Origin: a virus
Taxonomy: Duplodnaviria > Caudoviricetes
Virus record (IMG/VR): IMGVR_UViG_3300050161_000042
Coordinates: 1 to 64,000 of that record
Reading direction: 5' to 3' (one strand)
Length of the DNA: 64,000 nucleotides
Shown: piece by piece, positions 13,327 to 23,236 of the stretch
How the letters are laid out: each line of letters opens with the position of its first letter
How positions within the stretch are numbered: position 1 is the first letter of the stretch
Translations under genes and position numbers: made by a program
The notes under the pieces: model-generated
Seen by the model: only the letters and a program-made list of their open reading frames with translations
The model's database searches: none
Told to the model about the DNA's origin: nothing

Positions 13327-13354
13327 TTGTATTGGTCGATCTATATGCTATACT
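13327..13354 (+). promoter_or_regulatory. rightward sigma70-like promoter
   Basis: TTGTAT-N16-TATACT with TG extension. Confidence 0.5.
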
Positions 13355-13399
13355 TGTATGTGTTGGTGGTGTTCAACTTGTTACTCAAAGGATAGTAAA

Positions 13400-13672
13400 A
13401 TGGAAATTCGAATCGCGGTCACAACTCCTACAAACAAAATTCGCACAATCAACGCAACAGAGATTGCAGAAGCTAAATCGGTTGCTATGCATATCAATGC
13501 AGCCAAAATGGTGCTTGTACAAATTTGGGACGGAAAGCATTTCGTCACAATCCAACGATTCCCAACGATGACCAAATCAGGATGGGAAGCTTGTACCCTT
13601 GGAACAGAAGAAAACAAGGATAAAAACGTGAAACTTCTCAAAAGATTCCTGAAATCTTCCTACGCCAAGTAG
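13400..13672 (+). CDS. hypothetical protein (90 aa)
   Basis: AAAGGA RBS before ATG 13400; first plus-strand gene. Confidence 0.65.
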   Translation: MEIRIAVTTPTNKIRTINATEIAEAKSVAMHINAAKMVLVQIWDGKHFVTIQRFPTMTKSGWEACTLGTEENKDKNVKLLKRFLKSSYAK

Positions 13673-13913
13673 GGGGTGGGGGTTTTATCTTCAAAAACTT
13701 AACCCCCCTTAATTGGGGGGAAAAGGCGGGGTGGCTGAGACTACACCGTTAGCCCTAAACCCATATGTATCACCCAATCCTCCCTCGTCGCCCCTCGTCT
13801 CTAACTGATACTATGGTATCTCTTAGTCCCTAAAAGTCACGATAATAACCGTTTAGGTATCTATTATAAGAATTTCCTATCGTAGATAGCTATAATTAGT
13901 TTACAAGGCAAAA

Positions 13914-13922
13914 GTGTATACT
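13914..13922 (+). promoter_or_regulatory. late promoter motif variant GTGTATACT
   Basis: Matches the GTGTATAAT family; precedes the late operon. Confidence 0.5.
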
Positions 13923-13960
13923 AACATGTGTTAGTCAAATTTTTCAAGTCGGAGTACATA

Positions 13961-14152
13961 ATGCAAATAGAATCAGAATTGAATGTGATTGAATCTGCCG
14001 AGCTAAAAAGAGCGGTAGCTTCTGATCTTAGACAGAAAGACAAAAGCCTATCGGAGCTAATAAGAGAAAGTGAAGCTAAAGACAATCCTAACGCCGGTTG
14101 CACCGACGATAAAGAAACAGTTTCTAAAAATACTTCCATTAGAGACTCTTAG
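13961..14152 (+). CDS. hypothetical protein (63 aa)
   Basis: GGAG RBS before ATG 13961; overlaps the next ORF. Confidence 0.4.
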   Translation: MQIESELNVIESAELKRAVASDLRQKDKSLSELIRESEAKDNPNAGCTDDKETVSKNTSIRDS

Positions 14153-14639
14153 TAGATATCCGATTTTTGAAGGAGTAGTACTACCGGAATCTTACCCAAT
14201 CTTTACGGATGAGTTCCAAGAAGGTGAAAGATTCTTCTACTTCTTGTCAAAATATAGGAATAAGAAGTTACTATTTAGAGAAAGAGGCATTGGTTCAATA
14301 TATTCTGGAGATTTTTCCAGAGATATGCCAATGGAAATCTCAGGCGATAATCTTGTACCATCGCCCGTTGTTGAAGGCAAAATGCTAGACTTCTCAATTC
14401 AAGAAGATGGCGAATATGTTATACTAGAATCATCTGTTCCAACTTCTCTCTTAGAAGCATATAACTTTCCACACTCGGTATTAGCCTCATCCGAGACCTC
14501 TGTTAATATCGTGGAGATAAAACCTAACTCTGTTTTAGGTAGGTTTGGGCAAGACATCGCCTCAGTATCATTCAGTCAAATTCGTGACTATCTATTAAGC
14601 GACCCTGTATTCATAGAAAACATCAGGAGCAGGTTATAA
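14070..14639 (+). CDS. hypothetical protein (up to 189 aa)
   Basis: ORF track; stop overlaps the sigma ATG; true start uncertain. Confidence 0.55.
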   Translation: MKLKTILTPVAPTIKKQFLKILPLETLSRYPIFEGVVLPESYPIFTDEFQEGERFFYFLSKYRNKKLLFRERGIGSIYSGDFSRDMPMEISGDNLVPSPVVEGKMLDFSIQEDGEYVILESSVPTSLLEAYNFPHSVLASSETSVNIVEIKPNSVLGRFGQDIASVSFSQIRDYLLSDPVFIENIRSRL

Positions 14640-15163
14640 TGAAGATTCCAAAGGGAATGACAGAACAAGAAGTGATGGATAGTATCCAGATAGTAGTAGA
14701 TAGAATTTCCCCTAGGTATATCTTCCCAGGTTGGGATCTACAGGACGTAAAGCAAGAAGCCTTTATTATCTGTATGTCGGCCCTAGAAAGGTATCAACAA
14801 GGAAACCCTCTAGAAAACTTCCTATCTGTGAATCTATCGAATCGTCTTAAGAACTTAATAAGAGACAATCACTATGTAAAAGGTGATGCCGAAGAAAAGA
14901 AGAGGATAATGATGCCTGGACAGTTAAGCAAAGAAGAATCTACAAAGTTCTACTATGATAACGCAGACGCCCAAATGGATATCGGAAACCTTTCAAGGAT
15001 TATTGACAAAGAATTGCCCATCAAGTATAGGTCTAATTACCTTAAAATGGTCAATGGCGTTAATGTACCAAAGAAAGAAAGAGAAGAGTTAATTGTAATC
15101 ATTCAAGCAATCGCCGCTGACAGTGGCTTTTTAGATACAGAGGTAGAAGAAGATGAAGAATAA
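14639..15163 (+). CDS. phage sigma70-family (ECF-like) sigma factor
   Basis: Region 2-like DLQDVKQEAFIICMSALERY...LENFLSVNLSNRLKNLIRD. Confidence 0.75.
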   Translation: MKIPKGMTEQEVMDSIQIVVDRISPRYIFPGWDLQDVKQEAFIICMSALERYQQGNPLENFLSVNLSNRLKNLIRDNHYVKGDAEEKKRIMMPGQLSKEESTKFYYDNADAQMDIGNLSRIIDKELPIKYRSNYLKMVNGVNVPKKEREELIVIIQAIAADSGFLDTEVEEDEE

Positions 15164-15320
15164 CAATAACTGGATTTACTACATAATTGGTTTCGTCATA
15201 GCTCTATCAATGCTTACAGCCATACAAGCAGATAATGATAGCCACATCCAAAAAGACAAGATACATACTATAGAAGTAGATAGATCCCCCACACCATCAG
15301 ACTACCTAGCCAAGCACTAA
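15153..15320 (+). CDS. small protein with N-terminal hydrophobic segment (55 aa, not in ORF track)
   Basis: MKNNNNWIYYIIGFVIALSMLTAIQADND...; fills the gap between sigma and 15372. Confidence 0.4.
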   Translation: MKNNNNWIYYIIGFVIALSMLTAIQADNDSHIQKDKIHTIEVDRSPTPSDYLAKH

Positions 15321-15371
15321 TGCATACTAGGATAGATTAGCAAGAACAATCCCTTAAATGTTTAAAAAGTC

Positions 15372-16190
15372 ATGAGCGAACTAAAGAAAGGCCGTATATC
15401 GAAAGAGGAAGACTTGATTATTCAGGGCAATTTAGATATGCCTATTGAAGAATTAGCGACTCGTCTTAACAGAAACGTAGAAAGTCTAGCAGAGTATATT
15501 AAGAAAAAGCATGGGGCCGTAAGAAGCCTTAAAGTTCTTGATAGGTATACTCTCGTAGACAGACCCTTCTATAGGGAACTTAAGAAGCAGTTCAGTGGTG
15601 AAGAATTAGAATTGTTTAAATACTACTGGGACAATATGGTTTCTCAGTTTAACAAAGACGTTTTCGCCACAGAAGAGATTCAGATTCTAGACGTTTGCAA
15701 GTTAGAAATTCTAATGAATAGATGTCTAATCACTAGTAATACGAACATTCAGCTAGTTAGCAGTCTAGAGAATAGACTTAGGGAATTTGAAACCCTGATC
15801 TCTCCAGATATGCAAGAACAAGAAATGGCTATGGGATGGGAAAGACAACTTAGTGTGCTGAGATCCTCTCAGGAATCTTTGACAAGAGAACTTAGGGAAC
15901 TTTTAACTAAGAAAGCTGGCATGTTAAAAGACATGAAGGCGACAAGAGAACAAAGAATTAAAAGGCTAGAAGATTCAAGAGAGTCATTTCCAGCCTGGGT
16001 GTCTAATATGATGCAGAATCCAGATATTGTAAAGAAATATGGTCTGGAGATGGAAAAGATGAGATTAGCCACTATAAAAGAGAAGAAGCGTCTATCTGCT
16101 TATCATAAATATGAGGACGGAATGATAGACCAACCATTTTTAAATGTAGATACAATTTTATCAGAGGACGATAAACATGGAACCTCTTAA
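15372..16190 (+). CDS. HTH/coiled-coil protein, possible terminase small subunit (272 aa)
   Basis: N-terminal HTH-like MPIEELATRLNRNVESL and long coiled coil; position upstream of terL. Confidence 0.55.
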   Translation: MSELKKGRISKEEDLIIQGNLDMPIEELATRLNRNVESLAEYIKKKHGAVRSLKVLDRYTLVDRPFYRELKKQFSGEELELFKYYWDNMVSQFNKDVFATEEIQILDVCKLEILMNRCLITSNTNIQLVSSLENRLREFETLISPDMQEQEMAMGWERQLSVLRSSQESLTRELRELLTKKAGMLKDMKATREQRIKRLEDSRESFPAWVSNMMQNPDIVKKYGLEMEKMRLATIKEKKRLSAYHKYEDGMIDQPFLNVDTILSEDDKHGTS

Positions 16191-16401
16191 CTTCATTTAC
16201 TGGCTACAGGGATACCTAGAGCTTCAAAATCCAGCAAGAATTGATACTAAGCAGATTAGGATCATTCAGGATCGTTTGAAACAAGTTTTACCTAAAGCAC
16301 CTGACACTTTTGCTTGGGTTTATAAATCTAAAGAAGAGTCTGTAGATCGTGTTCTATGTGAATACCCTCTAGATCTTTTAGCACCAGAAAAGGATGAGTA
16401 G
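16177..16401 (+). CDS. conserved-type phage hypothetical protein (74 aa)
   Basis: F[I/C]YWLQGY[L/F]EL-type motif. Confidence 0.65.
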   Translation: MEPLNFIYWLQGYLELQNPARIDTKQIRIIQDRLKQVLPKAPDTFAWVYKSKEESVDRVLCEYPLDLLAPEKDE

Positions 16402-17608
16402 TATGAAAACAGCAGTAATATTCGGAATAACAGGAATGGATGGTTCTTATCTAGCAGACTTGCTACTGAGTAAGAACTACAAGGTAGTCGGCGTGAAGAG
16501 AAGAAGTAGCTCCGACAATGAGGAAAGAATAAGACACCTCAAAGGAAATAAAGACTATAGAACGTTAGAGGGCGACCTAACGGATTACGCGAGCCTCGTT
16601 CAAGTCTTTAAGAGTGTGCCGGAAGTAAACGAAGTTTATAATTTAGCCGCCCAATCCCACGTTGGTACATCATTCAAACAACCTGGGCTTACATGGGATG
16701 TTACAGGAAAGGGTTGTATTAACATACTACAGTGTCTAGTTGATTTAGATATGAAACATGTTAAGTTCTATCAAGCATCTTCTAGCGAGATGTTTGGTGC
16801 GGCTTATGATACTAAATCAGACTATAGAAATACTATTTTAAGTCACCCTTATGGTAGAATTCCCCCAACAGCAGACCATATCGATCAAAGTAAGATGTCT
16901 GAAAGTAAGTTTCTAGAAGCTTATCAAGAAGCTAAGATCCATGATGAACAAGTCCAAGGTACTATTATCACGAAGTACCAAGACGAAAATACTAAATTTC
17001 TTCCACAGTCGCCCTATGCTATCGCTAAATGTTCCGCCCATATGTCTGTAAGGCTCTTTAGAGAAGCTTATGGTATTCATGGAAGCTGTGGGATTCTCTT
17101 TAATCACGAAGGAGCAAGAAGAGGAGAGAATTTTGTAACAAGAAAAATTACAAAATGGATTGGTGAATTCAATAGATGGATGATGGATAACCACGATGAT
17201 ACACTTTCTACATTGACATTTTCAGAAGATTACATTCACGCATCCAATTGCAGAAGATTCTCTAAGCTAAGATTAGGTAATCTAGAAGCTAAAAGAGATT
17301 GGGGTCACGCAAAAGATTATGTTAGAGCTATGTGGATGATGCTTCAAAAAGAATTTGCAGATGATTATGTCATTTGTACAGGCGAAACAAGAAGCGTAAG
17401 GGAATTTTTAGACTTTGCTTTTGGAGTTATACAGATAAAAGATTGGTCAAACCTTGTAGTAGTAGACCCAGAATTCTACAGACCAGCAGAAGTTGATATT
17501 CTTTTAGGAGATTGTGCTAAAGCTAAGAGAAATCTAGCTTGGGAACCAGAGTTTACATTCCAGCAACTAGTTGAAGAAATGGTACATAACGATCTACATG
17601 AAAAGTAG
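16394..17608 (+). CDS. gmd: GDP-mannose 4,6-dehydratase
   Basis: IFGITGMDGSYLA, YNLAAQSHV, FYQASSSEMFG, SPYAIAK, LFNHE, LGNLEAKRDWGHAKDYV, YRPAEVD. Confidence 0.95.
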   Translation: MSSMKTAVIFGITGMDGSYLADLLLSKNYKVVGVKRRSSSDNEERIRHLKGNKDYRTLEGDLTDYASLVQVFKSVPEVNEVYNLAAQSHVGTSFKQPGLTWDVTGKGCINILQCLVDLDMKHVKFYQASSSEMFGAAYDTKSDYRNTILSHPYGRIPPTADHIDQSKMSESKFLEAYQEAKIHDEQVQGTIITKYQDENTKFLPQSPYAIAKCSAHMSVRLFREAYGIHGSCGILFNHEGARRGENFVTRKITKWIGEFNRWMMDNHDDTLSTLTFSEDYIHASNCRRFSKLRLGNLEAKRDWGHAKDYVRAMWMMLQKEFADDYVICTGETRSVREFLDFAFGVIQIKDWSNLVVVDPEFYRPAEVDILLGDCAKAKRNLAWEPEFTFQQLVEEMVHNDLHEK

Positions 17609-17885
17609 CAGAGACTGGGATGATCCCCAGTATAAGAAATGGAGAGCCGCAGTTAGGAAAAGAGACAAATCAAAGTGTCAGATGCCTAACTGTGGTTCAA
17701 AAAAAGCAATAAAGGTTCATCACATATTAACATGGGCTAAGTTCCCATTACTTAGATTCGATATCAATAACGGCATCTGCCTTTGCAGAGTTTGCCATGA
17801 TAGAATTGCAAAATTAGAACACCACTATGCTAAAATGTTCATGACTATAGTGGGGAGAAATAAAAATGGCAGAAAGAGCACCTAA
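17598..17885 (+). CDS. HNH endonuclease
   Basis: CQMPNC...VHHI...NGICLCRVCH; start at ATG 17598. Confidence 0.85.
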   Translation: MKSSRDWDDPQYKKWRAAVRKRDKSKCQMPNCGSKKAIKVHHILTWAKFPLLRFDINNGICLCRVCHDRIAKLEHHYAKMFMTIVGRNKNGRKST

Positions 17886-18363
17886 CTACTACGTTATAAA
17901 AGACACAAGAGAACAGAGCGGATACTACTTCTCTCCACATGATGCATGTCTTGGTATGATAGAAGACAAGTTAGATACTGGAGATTATAGTATATTAGGC
18001 TTAGAGGATAAGATTTGTATCGAAAGAAAAGCCTCTCCAGAAGAACTCGCCCTGAACCTAGGTAAAGACAAGGTTAGATTTATGAAAGAAATCGAAAGGA
18101 TGATGGCTTTTGACCATAGATTCCTAATCCTTGAATTTACTTTAGAAGATTTAATTAGGTTTCCAGACCTAACTAGAATTCCCAAAGAGAAAAGACCTAC
18201 GGTAAAGATCACAGGGAAGTATATGTCAAAGATGTTAATGGAGTTTCAGTTGTACAACAACATACATGTTCTCTTTTGTGGGAGCATGAATAACGGCTTT
18301 CAAGTAACCTCAAGCATATTCAAAAGAATAAACGAGAAGTATACAATTGGCAGACAGGACTAG
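17866..18363 (+). CDS. ERCC4 (XPF/Mus81-type) nuclease domain protein
   Basis: IKDTREQ, LDTGDY, IERK motifs. Confidence 0.85.
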   Translation: MAERAPNYYVIKDTREQSGYYFSPHDACLGMIEDKLDTGDYSILGLEDKICIERKASPEELALNLGKDKVRFMKEIERMMAFDHRFLILEFTLEDLIRFPDLTRIPKEKRPTVKITGKYMSKMLMEFQLYNNIHVLFCGSMNNGFQVTSSIFKRINEKYTIGRQD

Positions 18364-19021
18364 CATGAGAACGACACTTGAAGACTTAAATACCTTCAAT
18401 GTGGACTACAAAAGTAGAGAGATATTCATCAATAGATCTACCTCATCGGAAGAGGATAGCGACATTGAGAACAAAATCTCTTCTGCCTTCATCAAGAATC
18501 TGAGGGCGTTAGATCAGAAACCCGCTCCGATTTTAATCCATTTAAATGCTGGAGGGGGTGGAGAGTGGGAATATGGCATGTCCATGTTCGACGCGATCTC
18601 TTATTCTAAGTCTTACGTCTCGATTTTGATTTATGGCTATGCCTGTTCCATGAGTAGTATCATTCCACAAGCAGCAGATTTTAGGGTTATGATGCCTAAC
18701 TCCTATATGATGTGTCACTACGGATCTGAAAACGTAGATGGTAATCACATAGACAATTTGAAATACTTCGATTTTGCCAAACGAATGACTGCTAAGCTGG
18801 TAGATATCTATGCTGAAAGGATGCAATACTCTGCATTTATAGGCGAGAAGAAGACTAAAGCTCCCAAAAGATACGCTACAAAGTTTATCAAAGAACAACT
18901 TAATCAGGGTGACTGGTATTTGACATCAGAACAAGCTCTCTACTATGGATTAACGGATGAAATACTTGGCTCAGAGAAGTATCCAGATATTGATTCTTTA
19001 AAAGGTTTACATAATGACTAA
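18347..19021 (+). CDS. ClpP-family serine protease
   Basis: IHLNAGGG, GYACSMSSII, MMCH, DWYLTSEQALYYGLTDEI. Confidence 0.85.
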   Translation: MADRTSMRTTLEDLNTFNVDYKSREIFINRSTSSEEDSDIENKISSAFIKNLRALDQKPAPILIHLNAGGGGEWEYGMSMFDAISYSKSYVSILIYGYACSMSSIIPQAADFRVMMPNSYMMCHYGSENVDGNHIDNLKYFDFAKRMTAKLVDIYAERMQYSAFIGEKKTKAPKRYATKFIKEQLNQGDWYLTSEQALYYGLTDEILGSEKYPDIDSLKGLHND

Positions 19022-21077
19022 AGAAGACGACGAAATTGAAATTGATATCGAAGAAGCTCAGAAAGAGCTAGCCCGAAAAGAAAGGATCAAAAAGATCCTT
19101 AAAGACGCTTGGCTAAATCTTGGTGAGATAGACGAAGATAGTCTATTCAATCCTATGGAATTCTTAATGAATTCTACAGAAGATGATTTCAATCTCCGTC
19201 TTGCATACATTATGTCTAGGCCCGAATACTTCTCTTTTATCTGTAAAGAGATCCTAAACATACAACTTCTACCTACTCAGTGCTTGTTCTTACAGGAAAT
19301 GTGGATTAGAAAGTTCCCGATGCTTATCGCGACTAGAGGTTTCGGTAAAAGCTATGGTCTCGCCCTCTATGCTTTATTAAGAGCACTTCTTTTAGATGGA
19401 AGAAAGGTTGTAGTTGTAGGTGCTGCGTTCAGACAGTCTAAGATTCTATTTGAGTATATTGAAGCTATATGGAGAAACTCACCTCTTCTTAGAACAATGT
19501 GCGACGAAAGAAGCGGACCCAAGAGAGAAAACGACAGATGTATAATGAGGGTGAACAATAGCATTATCACCTGTTTACCTTTGGGCGACGGTCAAAAGAT
19601 TAGAGGACAAAGAGCACACGATATTATTGCTGACGAATTTGCGTCTATTCCTAGAGATATCTTTGAAAACGTTGTAGCGGGGTTCGGTGTTGTTAGCTCA
19701 AACCCTATTAATAATGTACAACAAGAAGCAGCAAAGAAGATAGCTGAGGAATGGGGATTTGTTGTAGAAGCTGAGCAATTAGACTCAGTTGGTAATCTAG
19801 TGCCTAACCAAATCATTATCTCTGGTACAGCTTACTATGAGTTTAACCACTTTGCTGAGTATTGGAAAAAGTGGAAGGCTATCATTACAAGTAGAGGAGA
19901 CGCTGTAAGGGTAAAAGAAGTATTCAGTGGGCAAGAACCACCAGATAATTTCTACTGGGGTGATTATTCTATCATCAGAATGCCCTATGAACTTGTTCCT
20001 AAAGGTTTCATGGATGCCGATCAGATCTCTAGATCTAAAGCTACTGTTCACAGTGGTATCTATCAGATGGAATTTGGGGCCGTATTTACTAAAGACTCAC
20101 AGGGATTCTTCAAAATGTCCCTGATTATAGGATGCGTACCTTCTATTAATAACGTACTAAAGACTGCCGATGGTGAGTCTATTCGTTTTGAAGCTATGCT
20201 TATAGGTGATCCAAAGAAGAAATATGTCATGGGTGTTGACCCTGCGTCCGAAGTTGACAATTTCAGTATTGTTATACTGGAACTTAATAAGGGTTATAGG
20301 GGAATTGTTCATTGTTGGACAACAAGTAGGTCTCAACATAAGGACTTATCTAGAAGTGGATATACAAACGAAAATGACTTCTATGCCTATTGTGCTAGAA
20401 AGATTAGGGATTTGATGGCTAGATTTCCTACGGTACATATATCTTTAGACGCTCAGGGCGGTGGTATTGCCGTTATGGAAGCTTTACACGACAGAAGAAA
20501 CTTAAATGAGGGCGAATTACCTATCTGGCCTATCATAGATCACGACGATCCAAAGGATACAGATGGTGAAAGAGGTCTCCATCTCTTAGAGATGTGTCAA
20601 TTTGCTAAGTATGACTGGTTGTCAGAAGCTAACCACGGAATGAAGAAAGACTTTGAAGATAAGAAATTGATCTTTCCTTATTCTGACGGGTCAACACTTG
20701 GACTAGCTACGGCAGATGACCAGATAAAGGGTAGGGCATATGATACTCTAGAAGACTGTGTTCTAGATATTGAAGAACTAAAGAATGAGTTATCTATTAT
20801 TGAAATTTCACAAACACCAGCCGGTAGAGATAGATGGGATACGCCAGAAGTTATAGTAGGCGTAGGCAAAAAGAGAAGAATCAGAAAGGACAGATACTCG
20901 GCCCTATTAATGGCTAACATGGCGGCTAGACAACTAGAAAATGCTCCATCAGTAGCTATTGCTAGTTTCTATGGAGGATTCGCAAATACAAAAACTAAGG
21001 ATAAAAAGGATAAAAAGACTGGTAATTTATACAATGGACCAGCTTGGTTTACCGAAGCTATGAAGGGTGTTTATTAA
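19014..21077 (+). CDS. terL: terminase large subunit
   Basis: Walker A ATRGFGKS, Walker B IIADE, RNase H-like VMGVDPA and KDRYSA. Confidence 0.92.
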   Translation: MTKEDDEIEIDIEEAQKELARKERIKKILKDAWLNLGEIDEDSLFNPMEFLMNSTEDDFNLRLAYIMSRPEYFSFICKEILNIQLLPTQCLFLQEMWIRKFPMLIATRGFGKSYGLALYALLRALLLDGRKVVVVGAAFRQSKILFEYIEAIWRNSPLLRTMCDERSGPKRENDRCIMRVNNSIITCLPLGDGQKIRGQRAHDIIADEFASIPRDIFENVVAGFGVVSSNPINNVQQEAAKKIAEEWGFVVEAEQLDSVGNLVPNQIIISGTAYYEFNHFAEYWKKWKAIITSRGDAVRVKEVFSGQEPPDNFYWGDYSIIRMPYELVPKGFMDADQISRSKATVHSGIYQMEFGAVFTKDSQGFFKMSLIIGCVPSINNVLKTADGESIRFEAMLIGDPKKKYVMGVDPASEVDNFSIVILELNKGYRGIVHCWTTSRSQHKDLSRSGYTNENDFYAYCARKIRDLMARFPTVHISLDAQGGGIAVMEALHDRRNLNEGELPIWPIIDHDDPKDTDGERGLHLLEMCQFAKYDWLSEANHGMKKDFEDKKLIFPYSDGSTLGLATADDQIKGRAYDTLEDCVLDIEELKNELSIIEISQTPAGRDRWDTPEVIVGVGKKRRIRKDRYSALLMANMAARQLENAPSVAIASFYGGFANTKTKDKKDKKTGNLYNGPAWFTEAMKGVY

Positions 21078-21082
21078 GTTTT

Positions 21083-21091
21083 GTGTATAAT
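21083..21091 (+). promoter_or_regulatory. late promoter motif GTGTATAAT
   Basis: Intergenic, ~40 bp before the portal ATG. Confidence 0.65.
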
Positions 21092-21129
21092 CTAATTGGA
21101 TTTCAATTACAATTCAATTAGGTGAAAAA

Positions 21130-23187
21130 ATGGCAGAAAGAGCAAAAGGCGTAATAACTTGGGAAGAAAATAGCGAGTCAGGTAAAGCGGCAGCTATGAA
21201 CGAATACTCTGAAAGTATAAAAGCTTATGCCTCTGTTTACAAGTCAAGTGCTAGCGATTTCTCTTCATTAAGAAACATAAAGCCAGATTATAACAGATCT
21301 GATTATGATTATTACAGACCTAATTCGGCCCTGCCCCAAGATAAAAGAAAGGCTATGCAGTTATGCATGAGAGCCTATAAGAATACTGGTATTATTAGAA
21401 ATGTACTAGATCTTATGGGCGACTTTGGTTGCCAGGGTATTAACCTTATCCATAGAGATAAGAGTGCAGAGAGCTTTTATCAACAATGGTTTAAGAAGGT
21501 AAACGGAAAAGAAAGATCCGAAAGATTCTTAAACAACTTATACAGATGCGGCAATGTGGTTATCTATAGATCATATGCCGAAGTTACTCCAACACTTGCA
21601 AAATTCATGAAGAGTTTAGCTAGTGATATCAAGATAGAAGAAGAGGACGTAACTAAAAATGAGATACCATTCAGGTACAATTTCTTTAATCCGCTCAATC
21701 TAGACATCAAGAGTGATGGAAAGTATTATCTTAATGTAGCGGGCGGTGCTAAGCTATACGCAGGTGGATCATTCAATACATCGTATAGAACTTCTTACAT
21801 CCCTAAAGATGTTATGGACTCTCTACCTAAGAGCCTACAGAACGATATCAAGAATAATAAAAGAGATATCGCCCTAGAAGAAGATAGACTATCAGTGTTC
21901 CATTACAAGAAAGATGACTGGGAAGCATGGGCTGATCCTCTTATCTTAGCTATTCTTGATGACATTATGATGTTAGAAAGAATGAAGCTTGCTGATATAT
22001 CGGCCCTTGATGGTGCTATATCTAATATCAGACTTTGGACATTAGGAAGTCTAGAAGATAGAATTTTCCCAACCAAAGAAGCTATTGATAGACTGAGAGA
22101 AATCTTAGCATCTAATCAGGGCGGGGGAACTATGGAGCTTGTATGGGGTCCAGAACTAAGCTTTAAGGAATCAGCTACACAAGTTCACAAGTTCTTAGGG
22201 TCCGCTAAATACGAGAACGTGATGAATAGCATCTATGGCGGTATCGGTGTGCCTCCAACACTTACTGGACAAGCTGGTGGTGGAAGCGGATTCACAAATA
22301 ACTTCATTTCACTAAAGACTCTTGTTGAAAGATTACAGTATGGTAGAGATCAACTAGTTAAGTTCTGGGAAAAAGAAATTGAATTAGTAAGAAAGGCTAT
22401 GGGCTTTAGATACCCTGCTGAAATTAGATTCGATCAAATGAGTCTATCAGATGAGAATGCCGAAAAGTTATTATTTATTCAACTTGCCGATAGAGATATC
22501 ATCAGTCACGAAACACTACTTGAGAGATTCAAAGAGTCATTCAAAGTTGAAAAGACTAGATTGTCAAACGAAAAAGGAGATAGAGAAAGTTCCGTGTTAC
22601 CAGATAAAGCAGGACCATTCCATAATGGTAACTTTGGTCAAGAAGTTGAAAAGATGGATCTTCAGCATCAGAATGATCTTCAGATTAATAAGATGAACTT
22701 GCAAGCTAAGAAAGAAATACAAGCCGCTAAACCTAAACCAAAAGCACCAGCAGCAAAGAAGAAAGCTAAGACTAATGGTAGACCTAAAGGTGCTAGCGAT
22801 CAAAACGGAAGAAAGAAGAGAATAGCTAAGCCAAAGTCTAAGGCTGGAGTTGCACAAGTTATAGAATGGACAAACAATACATGGGATAGAATATCCGAAA
22901 ATATGAATACAGGATATCTCTCTATTAATGGTAAAACCAATCTAAGGCAGCTTAGCAAAGCCCAGATTAAAGAGCTAGAAACTATAAAAGTAGATGTTCT
23001 AACAAACATTGAGCCTTTAGAAAGTTTTGATGATAAGGCTGTGTATGAAATAGTAAGTGGTGGATATAAACCACCAAGGGAATTCACAGAAATGCTTGAA
23101 AATGGATCGATTTCTATAGATTCGATGCATGTCGAAAGTTACAGAAAAGCCGTATTAGCCTCTTATGTAGAGTATCTAATTTCCTAA
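21130..23187 (+). CDS. portal protein (685 aa)
   Basis: Position between terL and the prohead protease; size; Lys-rich segment near the C-terminus. Confidence 0.8.
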   Translation: MAERAKGVITWEENSESGKAAAMNEYSESIKAYASVYKSSASDFSSLRNIKPDYNRSDYDYYRPNSALPQDKRKAMQLCMRAYKNTGIIRNVLDLMGDFGCQGINLIHRDKSAESFYQQWFKKVNGKERSERFLNNLYRCGNVVIYRSYAEVTPTLAKFMKSLASDIKIEEEDVTKNEIPFRYNFFNPLNLDIKSDGKYYLNVAGGAKLYAGGSFNTSYRTSYIPKDVMDSLPKSLQNDIKNNKRDIALEEDRLSVFHYKKDDWEAWADPLILAILDDIMMLERMKLADISALDGAISNIRLWTLGSLEDRIFPTKEAIDRLREILASNQGGGTMELVWGPELSFKESATQVHKFLGSAKYENVMNSIYGGIGVPPTLTGQAGGGSGFTNNFISLKTLVERLQYGRDQLVKFWEKEIELVRKAMGFRYPAEIRFDQMSLSDENAEKLLFIQLADRDIISHETLLERFKESFKVEKTRLSNEKGDRESSVLPDKAGPFHNGNFGQEVEKMDLQHQNDLQINKMNLQAKKEIQAAKPKPKAPAAKKKAKTNGRPKGASDQNGRKKRIAKPKSKAGVAQVIEWTNNTWDRISENMNTGYLSINGKTNLRQLSKAQIKELETIKVDVLTNIEPLESFDDKAVYEIVSGGYKPPREFTEMLENGSISIDSMHVESYRKAVLASYVEYLIS

Positions 23188-23211
23188 AAAATCAGCATTT
23201 TCAAAAAATTT

Positions 23212-23220
23212 GTGTATTAT
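23212..23220 (+). promoter_or_regulatory. late promoter motif variant GTGTATTAT
   Basis: Intergenic, before ATG 23237. Confidence 0.55.
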
Positions 23221-23236
23221 TTCAACAGAGGTAAAT

